From Octopus bimaculoides (Eukaryota): a stretch of DNA of 64,000 nucleotides. A model generated the notes under the pieces. That model saw only the letters and a list, made by a program, of their open reading frames with translations, did no database searches and was not told the origin of the DNA. The translations under genes were made by a program, and so were the position numbers. Location: NCBI RefSeq assembly GCF_001194135.2, contig NC_068984.1, forward strand, positions 49,222,011 through 49,286,010. The letters run 5' to 3'. Below, piece by piece: positions 49,596 to 62,311 of this stretch. The first letter of the stretch is position 1. Every line of letters starts with the position of its first letter.

Positions 49596-50149
49596 TTATA
49601 TTATTATTATTTACGCTGCTTATCAAATCATCCCAGAAAACGCATATATATATATACATATATATATATTTAACTTAAATAACTTAGATTGGTTCTGGTC
49701 ATTATCGATCGGGACATAACTAACTTAATAACAACACCCGGAGAGGTTTTTTAAACTATGTTTCGAGCTATCATGGACCACTCGAGCAAAGAGTTGTTGA
49801 CTGAAAAGTATCCAGGTGTTGTTCATTTGTTTCGTACTTCCTGAGTGAATTTATCTAGGTAAAGTCGCTATGTTCTTATGTGATGTGAACTCGGCTGTTG
49901 GTTGGTTGGTTGGTATTGCTCACTTTTATTTCAAGATTTCTTGCCAATAGAGAAAATGTCGGTTTCGAACTTAGATTCAAGGCTCTTTCATTGGAATTTC
50001 AACATCAACAACAGGGTATTTTTGTTTGTATGTATGTATGTATATGTGCAGATTTGTATGTTTTGCTCTGTCTTTGTATTCTCATGCGTATAGTTGCATA
50101 TCTAAACATGCTCATATATATTTAAATGATAAACTTCTGGAATGTTTTA

Positions 50150-50315
50150 CAGATTTTTACAGTTCCAGTGGATTGGTAGTCTTCGAATTAGCTTTCTCCT
50201 TGCTGGTTTTGAGAAGCCTAATTTTTCAAGATTGGCATTTAGGGCCCCAATAATTGCAGGTATAAATCTTAATTTGTTATTTGGATAGAGTAACTGCAGA
50301 TTTCTCTTAGTTCGG
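50150..50315 (-). mobile_element. 3' end of another RLE-type non-LTR element
   Basis: [40 protein letters not shown]. Confidence 0.65.
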
Positions 50316-51558
50316 TGTATGTATGTATGTATGTATGTATGTATGTATGCACGCATGCATATTGTTACCCAGAGCCATCTGATCAAGAAATAAACTTCTC
50401 ACCACACAGCCACACCTGGATGGATGGATGGATGGATGGATGGATGGATGGATGGATGGATGGATGGATGGATGGATGGATATTGTTGTGTCTCTTACTA
50501 GATTATTTTCTCTCTCTTAATTTCTCTTCGTAAGATACTGCTATTCATTTGATTTGGCCCCTAACCTATTTTCTCTAACTTTCAATCTTATAGTCACAGT
50601 TATCTTTTTTCCTTCCAACAGTTAATTGAAGTCTTTTAATTACAAACTTCTCCCTAACCAATACCACTCCTATTCTCTTTCCATTTCCTCTTTCACATTA
50701 TACTTCTTACTATAACCTCTCTAACCTTATCGTTCTTTTCCCACTGAACCTATATATATTTATAAACACTGTTCTCCACTAGGCTATTTGCCAGTGCCTT
50801 CTAATAAAATTAACATGACTTTTCATCATGGTTGTTTCAAAATCCGTGTCATTCCTTACATATACAATGTTATAGGAACCCATTACATAATATACCTGGT
50901 TATGGCACCAGTCATCGTTTACCCGAAACAGCTATAAACATTAGACTTGATTACATTTATTTGTGTATACAAATTTGTATGAGTACGCTGTACGTTTACT
51001 ATTTTTGTTACTCCTTTCTGCGTATAGATATATGAATCAACTAAGACATGTTTAAAATAATCTTACATGCATGTATGTATGTCAATGTATACGTATATAT
51101 GAATATATATTAAGTAGGCATACATTTTTTGTATTCTGGTAATCGACCGACCATTAAAATTTATTGTTAGAAATTTAGTTTCCGGTAAATATGTTTTATA
51201 TGCTTTACTTTATAAATTACGCTAATTTCTGCATAAAAATATGATTAACATCTACAGACATGCAAGCAAATCTTTGCTTCAGTATAAATTCATACTCACA
51301 CATACACACAAGTTTACATATATATATATATACTTCTAAGTGCGCGCGCACGCATATTTTTGAGCATTCTTGTATTGCATGACAACAGACGTTAAAAATC
51401 TTTGCATCTATGTATATATATTTTTAACACCCCTCATGCTAAATGTTCGTCACACCTATATGACTTTTTGTAATTTCACAAAGGATTGGGCATGCATTTA
51501 TGTATATATGCTTATGTATACGTAACTAGATTGTAAAATATATTTGTGATTATGCATG

Positions 51559-51643
<85 letters not shown>

Positions 51644-51645
51644 GT

Positions 51646-51997
51646 ATTCTTTTACTTCTTTCAGTCATTTGACTGCAGCCATGTTGAAGCACCGCCTTTA
51701 GTCGAACAAATCAACCCCTGAACGTATTCTTTGTAAGCCTAGTACTTATTCTATCAGTCACTTTCGCTGGAACGCTAAGATACGGGAACGTAAACGCACC
51801 AACATCAGTTGTCAAGCGATGGTGGGGGGACAGACACAGACACACAAATATATACACACACGCACGCACAAACATACACACATACTACAGAATTCTTTCA
51901 GTTTCCATCTACCAAACCAACTCACAAAGCTTTGATCGGCCCGAGGTGCAACGCAGTAGGACTGAATCCGGAACTATGTGGTTGGGAAACAAGCTTA
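51646..51997 (-). mobile_element. CORE-like tRNA-SINE (same family as 39962-40370)
   Basis: Aligns over the whole length; head truncated at the Tc1 insertion. Confidence 0.9.
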
Positions 51998-52007
51998 CAT
52001 ATATATA

Positions 52008-53552
52008 CATGGGTTGGACAAAATAATGGAAACATCTAGCATCATAGCATCATAATTTTGAAATATCTATAAAACTACCAAAAGATTGTTTATTTTTATG
52101 TTGTTTGATTTATTATTGTTGCTTAATATGCTTTCCTAAAATTGCTGTTTCTTTTCAGATATCATCAGAAAAAGGTAATTAAAATTCATTAAAATTACAG
52201 ATCTATCGGACTTTCAAAGAGGTCAACTTGCTGGTGCTTGTATCGCAGGTTCTTGCGTAACAAAAACGGCCGCAATGTTTGGTTTATCAAGGCGGTGAGC
52301 TGGCAGAAACGTTAGCACGCCGGGCGAAATGCTTAGCAGTATTTTGTCTGCCGTTACGTTCTGTGTTCAAATTCCGCTGAGGTCGACTTAGCCTTTCATC
52401 CTTTCGGGGTTGATTAAATAAGTACCAGTTACGCACTGGGGTCGATATAATCGACTTAATCCGTTTGTCTGTCCTTGTTTGTCCCCTCTGTGTATAGCCC
52501 CTTGTGGGCAGTAAACAAATAAGAAGTACTTTCTCGAAAGTAATGACAGCCTTTGAGAAAGAGAGAAAATCCTGCTCGTCGGACAAAACTCCGGAAGAAA
52601 ACCAAAACTTTCAGATTGGGGATGTTGGACTCTTACACGAATTGTTAGAAAGGACAGAAAAGTACAGCTCCCAAAATTACTACAGAGCTTAAATACCACC
52701 TCGAGAACCCAGTTCCCACAAAAACTGTTCACTGGGAGATTAATGACCACCTTGAGAACCCAGTTCCCGCAAAAAACTGTTCGCCGAGAGCTACACAAAA
52801 CCGAATTTCATGGGAAGGCTGCAATCAGAAAACCACTACTTTCAAATACAAACGTTGCAAAGCGTTTAGAGTGGTGCAAAAACCTACAGAATTGGTCCCT
52901 AGAAAAGTGGAAGAATGTTATTTTCTCGGACATCCTTTACCTTATTTCCGACCACCGGCTGAGTATACGCATGGAGACAGCCAAAAGAAGTATTAGACCC
53001 AGACTGCCTTCTTCCGACTGTTAAACATAGAGGAGGATCTGTAATGATTTGGGTGGCTATATCTTGGGAATCCGCCAGCCCAATGGTTTCCCTTCATAGC
53101 AGAATTAATAGTTAAAACTATTTAAGCATTTTATCTGATCAAATTCATCCTATGGTTGCAGAACTGTTTCCGGAGGGAAACGCTATCTTTCAGGATAATA
53201 ATGCACCAATTCATACAGCTGAAGTTGTTACTGAAAAGCACCAGGAACATTCAAGTGAAGTTGAACATCTTATCTGGCCATTACAGTCACCAGGTCTCAA
53301 TATTATTGAACATTTATGGTGCATTTTAGAAAAATAAGTAAGGAGTCGATATCCTCCAACAACATCACTACAAGAACTGGTGACTATTGTGGCTAAAAAT
53401 GGACAAGAATTCCTTTGGAAACAATTCAAACATTGTACGAATCCATACCTTGTAGAATTCAAACTGTAATTACTGCCAAAGGCGGTCCTACCTCATATTA
53501 AATAAATTTGTTTGAAATTTTAAAGTGTTTCCATTATTTTGTCCAACCCCTG
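52008..53552 (+). mobile_element. Tc1 (DD34E) transposon with both TIRs, decayed ORF
   Basis: TIR CA(T/G)GGGTTGGACAAAATAATGGAAAC at both ends with TA flanks; VIFSD, GGSVMIW, IFQDNNAPIH, SPGLNIIEHLW. Confidence 0.95.
52291..52525 (+). mobile_element. Meta-type SINE inserted in the Tc1 ORF
   Basis: Full head and central domain; tail TTAATCCGTTTGTCTGTCC..GCCCCTTGTGGG; Tc1 frame resumes after it. Confidence 0.92.
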
Positions 53553-53572
53553 TATATATATAAATATATAAA

Positions 53573-53641
<69 letters not shown>

Positions 53642-54199
53642 CATATATATGTGTATGTATATATGTGTGCGCGTGTGTATATATGTGTGTGTATACTCTT
53701 ATTCTTACTTTTTATTGATTTCAGGTGTCGGACCGCAGTTTTGATGGGCTAAAACTATTAAGCATTTCACTCGATCATATAAACCCCAATTGTTATTTTA
53801 GTCCGGTACATTCTTTATAATTTTTAATTAGTTTCAGTTGAAAAGTTACATTTCATTCTTTTTTTTTTCTATAAGGTGTGTCATGCTAAGCAAAAATTCA
53901 GACAATCGCTTACACGTACACAAGCATGTATGTATATGTGTGCATGTCTGTCTGTCTGTGTATATTAATATATGTGTATATATAAGTACAACCATATATG
54001 TGTATGTGTTTAAGTGTATAGACACATATACATATAAATACAAACATAAATATGTGTATATATTTACATGTACATGTACAGAAAGGGAGAGGGAGAGAGA
54101 GACTTATATGGTTATATTTTAACACACTGCATTTTATGCAACAAGAAAACTAGGGCGCCCAAAAAAATGTATATGCGCAGTGTATGATAATTAATTCAG

Positions 54200-55180
54200 T
54201 GCTTATTAATATCCATTACTTGTTCAAAACATTGTGCAATCTACAAACAGTATTTAAATTTGTCATGAACGTGTTTTCATTCTGCGAAGCGTCCTGGTAC
54301 GAAATGAGTTCAGTTCAGGGGACATTAAAGCATTAAAATCCATGTCTCACAACTATAAAGAAGGACAGGGAGGACCAGAGACTTAAAGACACAAATCTTT
54401 GTCCTCTTGCTCAGATATCTACAGCACCAAACACTCTTGTCCAATGAGTCCACAACTCCACCAGCTCGTGTAAGTCTTTTTAGTAATTCAGGCTAACTGC
54501 TAATGCTGCTGTGAATCTCACTGCCGAGATGAGTGAAGCTATCAGTATCTTCGACCTTTTCACCAGTAATGGAGACAGACGAGGTGGAGTCCGCCGAGAA
54601 GCCAACAAAAGACTGGATCTTTGTCTTGATCCAAGGGACTCTAACGCCAAGAGGTTCCGCTTCTCCACTCTATGAAATGAGAGCGCTTCTTAAAACATCC
54701 AGAGACTCAGTAAAAATAACTACGTCATCGCCAACACTTCCTTTCACCAATGAGTGCACCACAACTCGATCGAGCCGCCATTTGGCCAAGTATCTAATTC
54801 ATGAATGCATTGAACGGAGTGGGATTCAATACATAACCATGATAGACTCCTGTTACTTGTATGATTCAGGAACGCAAGTTCAGACTGTTGAGCAATGTTG
54901 CTCGATTTTCCGAGGTAGACTCTGCTTACCATGTTCTCTTCACTGCGGATCCGGATGGATGGATGAATGGCTCGCGCTGGTCGACCACATGCCACATGCT
55001 CACAGCAGATGACAAGGTATCTCGTTAAGATGGTGACTGACTGGAGCTCTGCATGACGGGTCGCCCGGGAGGATCTGAGAATATACTCGCAAATAGTGAA
55101 TGCAGCAAAGCGCTGCTACGGTGCAAGCCCCTATACGTGAACTGATCTGACTCTTTTCAAACTGACGACCATTTTTGTCC
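54200..55180 (-). mobile_element. RTE-clade LINE reverse-transcriptase fragment
   Basis: TGVYHGYVLNPT (GVRQGCVL-like); DDVVIF; PWIKTKIQ; FTHLGS; RTKICVFKSLVLPVLLYSCETW. Confidence 0.85.
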
Positions 55181-55184
55181 ACTT

Positions 55185-55880
55185 ACTGCTTATAACACAA
55201 AGTAATGGAATTGCAAACATCATAAAGTATTTCGTTCGGTATTTGCACGCGCTCTCGTTCAGTGGTTGTCTTTAATTCGTCGATAGTTGGCGATTCCGTA
55301 CCGTAAATCTTATCATTTAAATGTACACCGCCATCCTAGAGACACACACAGAAATAGTCAAGTGGTGTGAATTCATTTGGACACGGATGATATTCCACTA
55401 TATCTGTTCGTGCAATCCACCAATTTTGAAAAATTCTTATCAGGGGAGAAGCCCTTACATTACTCTGAAAATGTAAGGGTGTCTCACTTTGCTGGAAAAA
55501 AAACCGCACCTTTAAAGTTCTCTTGAATATTTGACTTTATGTTCAAGCAAATGGGCTCAGTCAACAAAGAATGGTCTAACAAATCCTTTTGATGACAAGT
55601 CACCACATACTCTAACTCTTGGTAAATTAAAATGCTGTTCCTCTGTAATATGCGGATTTTCATGTTCTCAGTAGGTGCAGTTTTGGCAGTAAATTGAGCT
55701 GTTTATTTTAAATGAGCCTCATCACTCCAAACAGAGTGTATTTTCTACACATCTTGCCAAGGACCACTCGCAAAACTTCACTCTTCAGTTCGATTTATTT
55801 TCATCAGGATAACTGACTTTACTTGGAATGTAACATCCTCAATGACAGTGCTTCAAATAGAGTGGACACATGTTTTGCTT
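55185..55880 (-). mobile_element. rosa/DD41D-like Tc1/mariner transposase fragment
   Basis: WSDEAHF; VEYHPCP; LNDKIYGTESPTIDELKTTTERERVQIPNEILYDVC. Subfamily label tentative. Confidence 0.7.
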
Positions 55881-55987
55881 TTTTTTTTAAACTCAGATAA
55901 TACGTTTCTACTACCCTTCCAGCATTGTGGGGCTCGTCAGTGTCCATGGTTTTCCAGAACCTTTTTTGTAAGCATTCTGAACAGCTA

Positions 55988-56037
<50 letters not shown>

Positions 56038-56843
56038 NNNNNNNNNNNNNNNNNNNNNNNNNNNNNNNNNNNNNNNNNNNNNNNNNNNNNNNNNNNNNNN
56101 NNNNNNNNNNNNNNNNNNNNNNNNNNNNNNNNNNNNNNNNNNNNNNNNNNNNNNNNNNNNNNNNNNNNNNNNNNNNNNNNNNNNNNNNNNNNNNNNNNNN
56201 NNNNNNNNNNNNNNNNNNNNNNNNNNNNNNNNNNNNNNNNNNNNNNNNNNNNNNNNNNNNNNNNNNNNNNNNNNNNNNNNNNNNNNNNNNNNNNNNNNNN
56301 NNNNNNNNNNNNNNNNNNNNNNNNNNNNNNNNNNNNNNNNNNNNNNNNNNNNNNNNNNNNNNNNNNNNNNNNNNNNNNNNNNNNNNNNNNNNNNNNNNNN
56401 NNNNNNNNNNNNNNNNNNNNNNNNNNNNNNNNNNNNNNNNNNNNNNNNNNNNNNNNNNNNNNNNNNNNNNNNNNNNNNNNNNNNNNNNNNNNNNNNNNNN
56501 NNNNNNNNNNNNNNNNNNNNNNNNNNNNNNNNNNNNNNNNNNNNNNNNNNNNNNNNNNNNNNNNNNNNNNNNNNNNNNNNNNNNNNNNNNNNNNNNNNNN
56601 NNNNNNNNNNNNNNNNNNNNNNNNNNNNNNNNNNNNNNNNNNNNNNNNNNNNNNNNNNNNNNNNNNNNNNNNNNNNNNNNNNNNNNNNNNNNNNNNNNNN
56701 NNNNNNNNNNNNNNNNNNNNNNNNNNNNNNNNNNNNNNNNNNNNNNNNNNNNNNNNNNNNNNNNNNNNNNNNNNNNNNNNNNNNNNNNNNNNNNNNNNNN
56801 NNNNNNNNNNNNNNNNNNNNNNNNNNNNNNNNNNNNATATATA

Positions 56844-57737
56844 CGTGAGTGTACCAAAAGTAGCTGGAAACGTTCTCTGTAGGACAAGCTCGTAGTAGTT
56901 CGAGCTTCTGCCGTTAGAAGTCACTTGATGCAATCCCCAGCCATGAGTATGCCAACCGGCGTCTGGAGTCAAATCACACTGCAATGTGTTGCATCTTTGT
57001 TTTGCAGTGCTTCTCCCCTGTTCGTCGATCTTTGCAGTTGTTGAAACAAAGGATCAGCGTGCTTCCATGAAATTCTGTTTTCTACTGGAGAAAACGGCGA
57101 CCGAAACAGTTGTCATGCTTCAAACAGCTTACAAGGACGCTGCCATGAGCAAAACACAAGTTTAAGAGTGGTTTTCATGCTTTAGAAATGGTCACTTGTC
57201 ATTTGAAGATCAACCTCGTTCAGTACGATCGTCGTTCTTCCGAACGAATGAAGACATCATGAAAATTTATGAGCTGATCTTGTAGGACGGTCACTGAACA
57301 ATTGACGAACTTGATATGATTGGTTTGTCCGGGAACTCCTGCCAACGAACTTTGATTGAGAAATTGCAAATGAAAAGAGCTGCAGCAAAATTTGTGCCTC
57401 GCTTGCTGGCGGAAGATCAAAAGCAGTCACGACTGAATTCGTGTCGTTAACTAAAAGAATAGTTGGAAGTTGATCCGGGACTTTCTTCGAAGGTCATCAC
57501 TTGGTGACGAAATCTGGTGTTACAGAATTTGCAGATGTGGAAGAGGTGAAGAAAAATCGACGGAGGTGTTAAAAGGCCGTACTTCGCAAGAGTTCTGATA
57601 CTGCTTTGGACAGTGTCTGGACCGATGCATTGCTTCAAAATGGAATACTTTGAAGGCCGATAAAGGTGTAAACATATAAAACTGACTGAATAAAATAACA
57701 TTGCAAATTTCCAGTTACTTTTGGGTACCTCTTCTTG
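56844..57737 (+). mobile_element. internally deleted mariner element with both TIRs
   Basis: TIRs CGTGAGTGTACCAAAAGTAGCTGGAAA / CAAGAAGAGGTACCCAAAAGTAACTGGAAA (reverse complement), TA flanks; QRASMKFCF, AAKFVPRLL, ITxDExWC, then jumps to the C-terminus. Confidence 0.9.
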
Positions 57738-57806
57738 TATGTATAAATGCATGTATGTATGTATGTATGTATGCATATATATGTGTGTGTGTATGTGTGC
57801 GCGCGC

Positions 57807-57843
<37 letters not shown>

Positions 57844-57899
57844 TATTACACATACACGCAGAGACTTGCACGCACGCACATGCACACACATACATACAC

Positions 57900-58030
57900 A
57901 TACCTCCTTCTCTTACAATCTCCTGTCTTAGAAGGAACTTTTTCTTCACCCATTCCCTTCCGGTCATTTCAAAATGTAACCACATGTGAATCGTTGTCCT
58001 CTTAACGACTGTCTCTGCAAACTCCTTAAA
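57900..58030 (+). repeat. PLE-tail-like module, second copy at ~60555-60650
   Basis: GTCTTAGAA.GAA..TTTCTTCA.CCA.TCCCTTC.GGTCATTTCAAAATGTAACCACATGTGAATC in both, each preceded by a CA-rich tract. Confidence 0.85.
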
Positions 58031-58461
58031 CAAAGCAACTTTTTTATTTTATTTATTTATTTATTTTAGTTCATTTTAGTTCATATTATTTTATCCTCTG
58101 TTATACGCATTTACTTTTTAAACATTGTTGCCCCTTCTCGAATTTTTATCATTTTTTCATCATTTTCTCTCCGTAGTATTGTTTAATTTTCAATTGCGTG
58201 ATTTTTTATAATTGCATTAATTTCTTTTTTATCCTTTTAATTTCTATTATTTTATTTCTTATTTATTATGCTGCATCTGCTAATTTTTATTTAAAAAATT
58301 TATATCATGTACCCTCCCCACCCTTCTTTTAATCAATCTTATTTTATATTTTATTTTATTTCTATATACACGCACACATACATACACACATGTAATAATA
58401 ACACACATGAAAAAACACAAGCACCCGCGCACACGCATGAATAACATACACCTCCCACACA

Positions 58462-58691
58462 CGGCGAGCTGGCAGAAACGTTAGCACGCCGGGTGAAACG
58501 CTTAACAGTATTTCGTCCGCCGCTACGTTCTGAGTTCAAATTCCGCCGTGGTCGACTTAGCCTTTCATCCTTTCGGGGTCGATAAATTAAGTACCAGTTA
58601 CGCACTGGGGTCGATGTAATCGACTTAATCCGTTTGTCTGTCGTTGTTTGTCCTCTCTGTGTTTAGCCCCTTGTGGGTAGTAAAGAAATAA
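58462..58691 (+). mobile_element. Meta-type SINE (same subfamily as 52291-52525)
   Basis: High similarity end to end, including the GCCCCTTGTGGG tail. Confidence 0.92.
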
Positions 58692-60560
58692 CACACCACA
58701 CACGTACACACAAAACACATACATGCTCATACTTACACAAGCATACATCCACACTCAGACATACACACATGCACATATACACGCGCACACGCGCATACAC
58801 GCTCACACACGCGCACACACGCGCATACACGCGCGCGCACGCGTACGCATACAGGAACGCATATATACCTCCATATAATACAACCCCGCGCTTGTTGTTG
58901 TTGGCACTCCGTCGCTTACGACGTCGAGGGTTCCAGTTGATCCGATCAACGGAACAGCCTGCTCGTGAAATTAACGTGCAAGTGGCTGAGCACTCCACAG
59001 ACACGTGTACCCTTAACGTAGTTCTCGGGGATATTCAGCGTGACACAGTGTGACAAGGCTGACCCTTTGAATTACAGGCACAACAGAAACAGGAAGTAAG
59101 AGTGAGAGAAAGTTGTGGTGGAAGAGTACAGCAGGGTTCGCCACCATCCCCTGCTGGAGCCTCGTGGAGCTTTAGGTGTTTTCGCTCAATAAACACTCAC
59201 AACGGCCGGTCTGGGATTCGAAACCGCGACCCTATGACCGCGAGTCCGCTGCCCTAACCACTGGGCCATTGCGCCTCCACTCAACCCCACGCGTACACTT
59301 ACATACACACACGCTCATACAAACACACGCACACACATCAATGCACATGTCCCTCACATATATCTCCCACACACACCAAACATACACAACACGCACACAC
59401 ACGACACACACATACTTGCGCACGCACACACACGTACACAAACGCACACACACATACGCATACAGGCACAGGAAAGCACAAATACCTAACACACACAACC
59501 CCACGCACACACATACAGACACATATGCACATACACATACATGCACACACACATATACACACACATATACACACACATACACACAGGCACATGTACGCGC
59601 ACATACCTCCCACACTCACAGACACATACACGCACACAATTACACATACGTGGGCATATGCAAACACGCATATATACGCACACACCTCCCACACACGAAC
59701 GCACACGAATGCACGCATACACAGGACCACACATATACTCCACACACAACCCCACACACACATACACACATGAACATACACACATACACACATACACACA
59801 CACATACTCACGCACACACAACATATACATGCACACATACATACACATACACACGCTTATACATATATGCGCACACATACGCACGCGCGCACACGCACGC
59901 GAGCACGCACACATACACACACCTACATCTACACACGCACACATACACGCACACACAGCTACACGCACATACACCCATACACATGCACACACAGACGCAG
60001 GCGCATACACGCGCAAAACGCACATATACCTCCACACACAACCATTGGTTCACGCATACACACGCACACATACACGCACACACACACATGTACACACGCA
60101 CACACATACACACATGTACACACCCACATACACTGACACGTGCACACATAAATATTGACACCTACACACATATACACAAATACACATGCACGTACACTCA
60201 CACGCATACATATACACACGCACACACATACACACATGCACACGCATATGAACTCACTCATACCTCCCACACACACAACACACGCTTATACATTCACGCA
60301 CACAATTACACATACATGGGCATATACACGCACACACATACACGCACACACACGCACGCACGAATGCACAGGCCTACACACACAGAGGAACGCACATATA
60401 CTCCATATGCTCCACACATACAACCCCCGCACCCAACACCATGTGTACACACGCACATACACACACATACGCACACGCACAGACACATGCACACACTACA
60501 CACAAACCTCACATGCACACAGATTGTGCATACGGATATGCCCACACATACACACATGCC
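58692..60560. repeat. cryptic CA-rich satellite with higher-order unit
   Basis: Anchor CAGG..GCACATATAC(C)TCCACACACAACCCC recurs at ~58853, 59467, 59723, 60010 and 60385. Confidence 0.85.
58892..59281 (-). mobile_element. tRNA-SINE (second OR-like head) with TSD
   Basis: Head GGCGCAATGGCCCAGTGGTTAGGGCAGCGG..GGTTTCGAATCCC; tail shared with 8805-9090; (CAA)n tail; TSD CAACCCC(G/A)CGC at 58881-58891 and 59282-59292. Confidence 0.92.
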
Positions 60561-60712
60561 TCCTTCTTTTGCACTCCTTTGTCTTAGAAAGAATTATTTC
60601 TTCATCCAGTCCCTTCTGGTCATTTCAAAATGTAACCACATGTGAATCTTTGGCGATTTTCTTCTTCTGTCTTCCCTTCTATTGGACTTTCCTCTGTTTC
60701 CGAAGACAGGCG

Positions 60713-61500
60713 ACTGAGGTGTCGGAAATAGAGTAGAAGTGGAGGGCAGGATGGAAAGATTTGACAAAAGAGAGGAAGGGATCTAGATGTCTGTGGGAGA
60801 GTGTGGTCGCACTGATACAGTCGTCAATGTAACGACCATATAGTTCAGGACTGGGGCCAGTGAAACTGGAGAACATTTGGGCCTCAACGTAGCCAATGAG
60901 CAGGTTTGCATAGTTGGGACCCATTCTTGTTCCCATGGCCACTCCCCAGAACGGCGGTAAAAATCAACCGCGAAAGAGAATCAGTTAAGTGAGAGGACAA
61001 GTTCGACAAGACGAAGGTGTGTGGATGTGTCAGGTTGGGGGTTAGGTCGAATGTTAAGGAAATGTTGGAGTGCACCCAGCCCCTCGTGGTGAGGAATCAC
61101 GTGTACAGGCTCTTGGTGTCAAGAGTGAAGAGAAATTTTGTGGGGCCAGGAGGGCAGGCGGTGTTGAACAAACGAAGAGTATTTTTGGTGTCATGGATGT
61201 GAGAGGGGAGGGAAGCCACTTGTTGCGGCAAGGTCACGGTCAAGATATATGGAGATGAGTTTGGGGGGACAGTTACAGGCGGAGACGATGGGGCGGCCAG
61301 GGTTGCTGGGTTTGTTAGATTTTAGAGAGTAAGTAAATTGTGGGGGTGAGAGTGGTGCGGACAATGAGGTTAGAGACGGTGGAAGGGAAGACGGGAGGAG
61401 GAGATGAGGTAATCGATACGCCGGTATATGTATATATAGAAAAAAAAATCAAAACAAAAATGGAACAAGAACGTAACAGGCGACAACAAAACATCCGGAC
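60713..61500 (-). mobile_element. Penelope-like (Neptune-type) reverse-transcriptase fragment preceded by a pLTR terminus
   Basis: PGRPIVSAC; TLDTKSLYT.IPH.EGL; AMGTRMGPNYANL; RYIDDC. Confidence 0.93.
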
Positions 61501-62311
61501 ATTTTAAAAGATATATTTATCAAAATTACATAAAAGTATCTTGAGATACTAAAGAGTACATTTATTCAATAAAATTGACATTGGCTTCAACCACGGTCTC
61601 CAGACGAGTTAGGAATATCTTGCAACTCTTCTTGACGGTCGCCTTGTTTAAGTTGGTGAACGCTGCCATAATCCTTGCCTTCAATTAATTTTTGGTGTTA
61701 CAAGGAGTTTTGTTGGTTTCTCGCTCAACTGTCCCCAACACATAATAATCAATGGGTTTCAATCTGTGGAGTTAGGTGGCCGGATGTTAGGGTTGATGTG
61801 GTCTCAGAAATTGTCTGACAGCCGAGACCGGGTTCTCATGCTTGTGTGGCATGGTGCAGAGTCTTGTTGCCAGACATAGGGTCGTCCAGCAGCCACCCTT
61901 TTAACCCAAGGCAGCACTACCTCTTCCAGGCATTTAATGTAGGTCTCCGTGTTTTCTTCGAAGCTGTGTGGGAAGATGAATAAAAGCATAACGTCGCCAT
62001 CACTAGTGATCACTCCAAACACCATGATGTTGACTGGATGTTTGATTTTTATCATTATCGGTACATATACGCAGATTTTCCTGTCCTGAGATTGACACCC
62101 AAATACTATGAAATGTTCATATTGGAGCTTTTGGCGCGAATACCAAGCAGTACAGCATGTCGTTTCCAAATTTCTGGGAGAGTGAATTGCGTCATGGTGG
62201 TGTTTTTCTCACAGACGGTGCCCAACTGACTTTACTATACTGGGTAGTCAACAATTTCAAAAACAAACAATGCGTATGTGCGAAATAAAATAATTTACCT
62301 ATCGCACCCTG
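61500..62311 (-). mobile_element. internally deleted maT/DD37D transposon
   Basis: KHPVNIMVFGVITSDGDVM; RPYVWQQDSAPCHTS; PPNSTD; one TIR CAGGGTGCGATAGGTAAAT with TA flank. Confidence 0.92.

Noticed and set aside
55911-56984. ORFs of 293-357 aa
   Set aside because: They span the N gap at 56038-56836 and are artefacts; the same applies to ORFs over the other gaps.
59176-60736. Long ORFs of 489 aa, 205 aa and others rich in His/Thr or Val/Cys
   Set aside because: Translation of a CA/TG-rich satellite, which lacks stop codons by composition.
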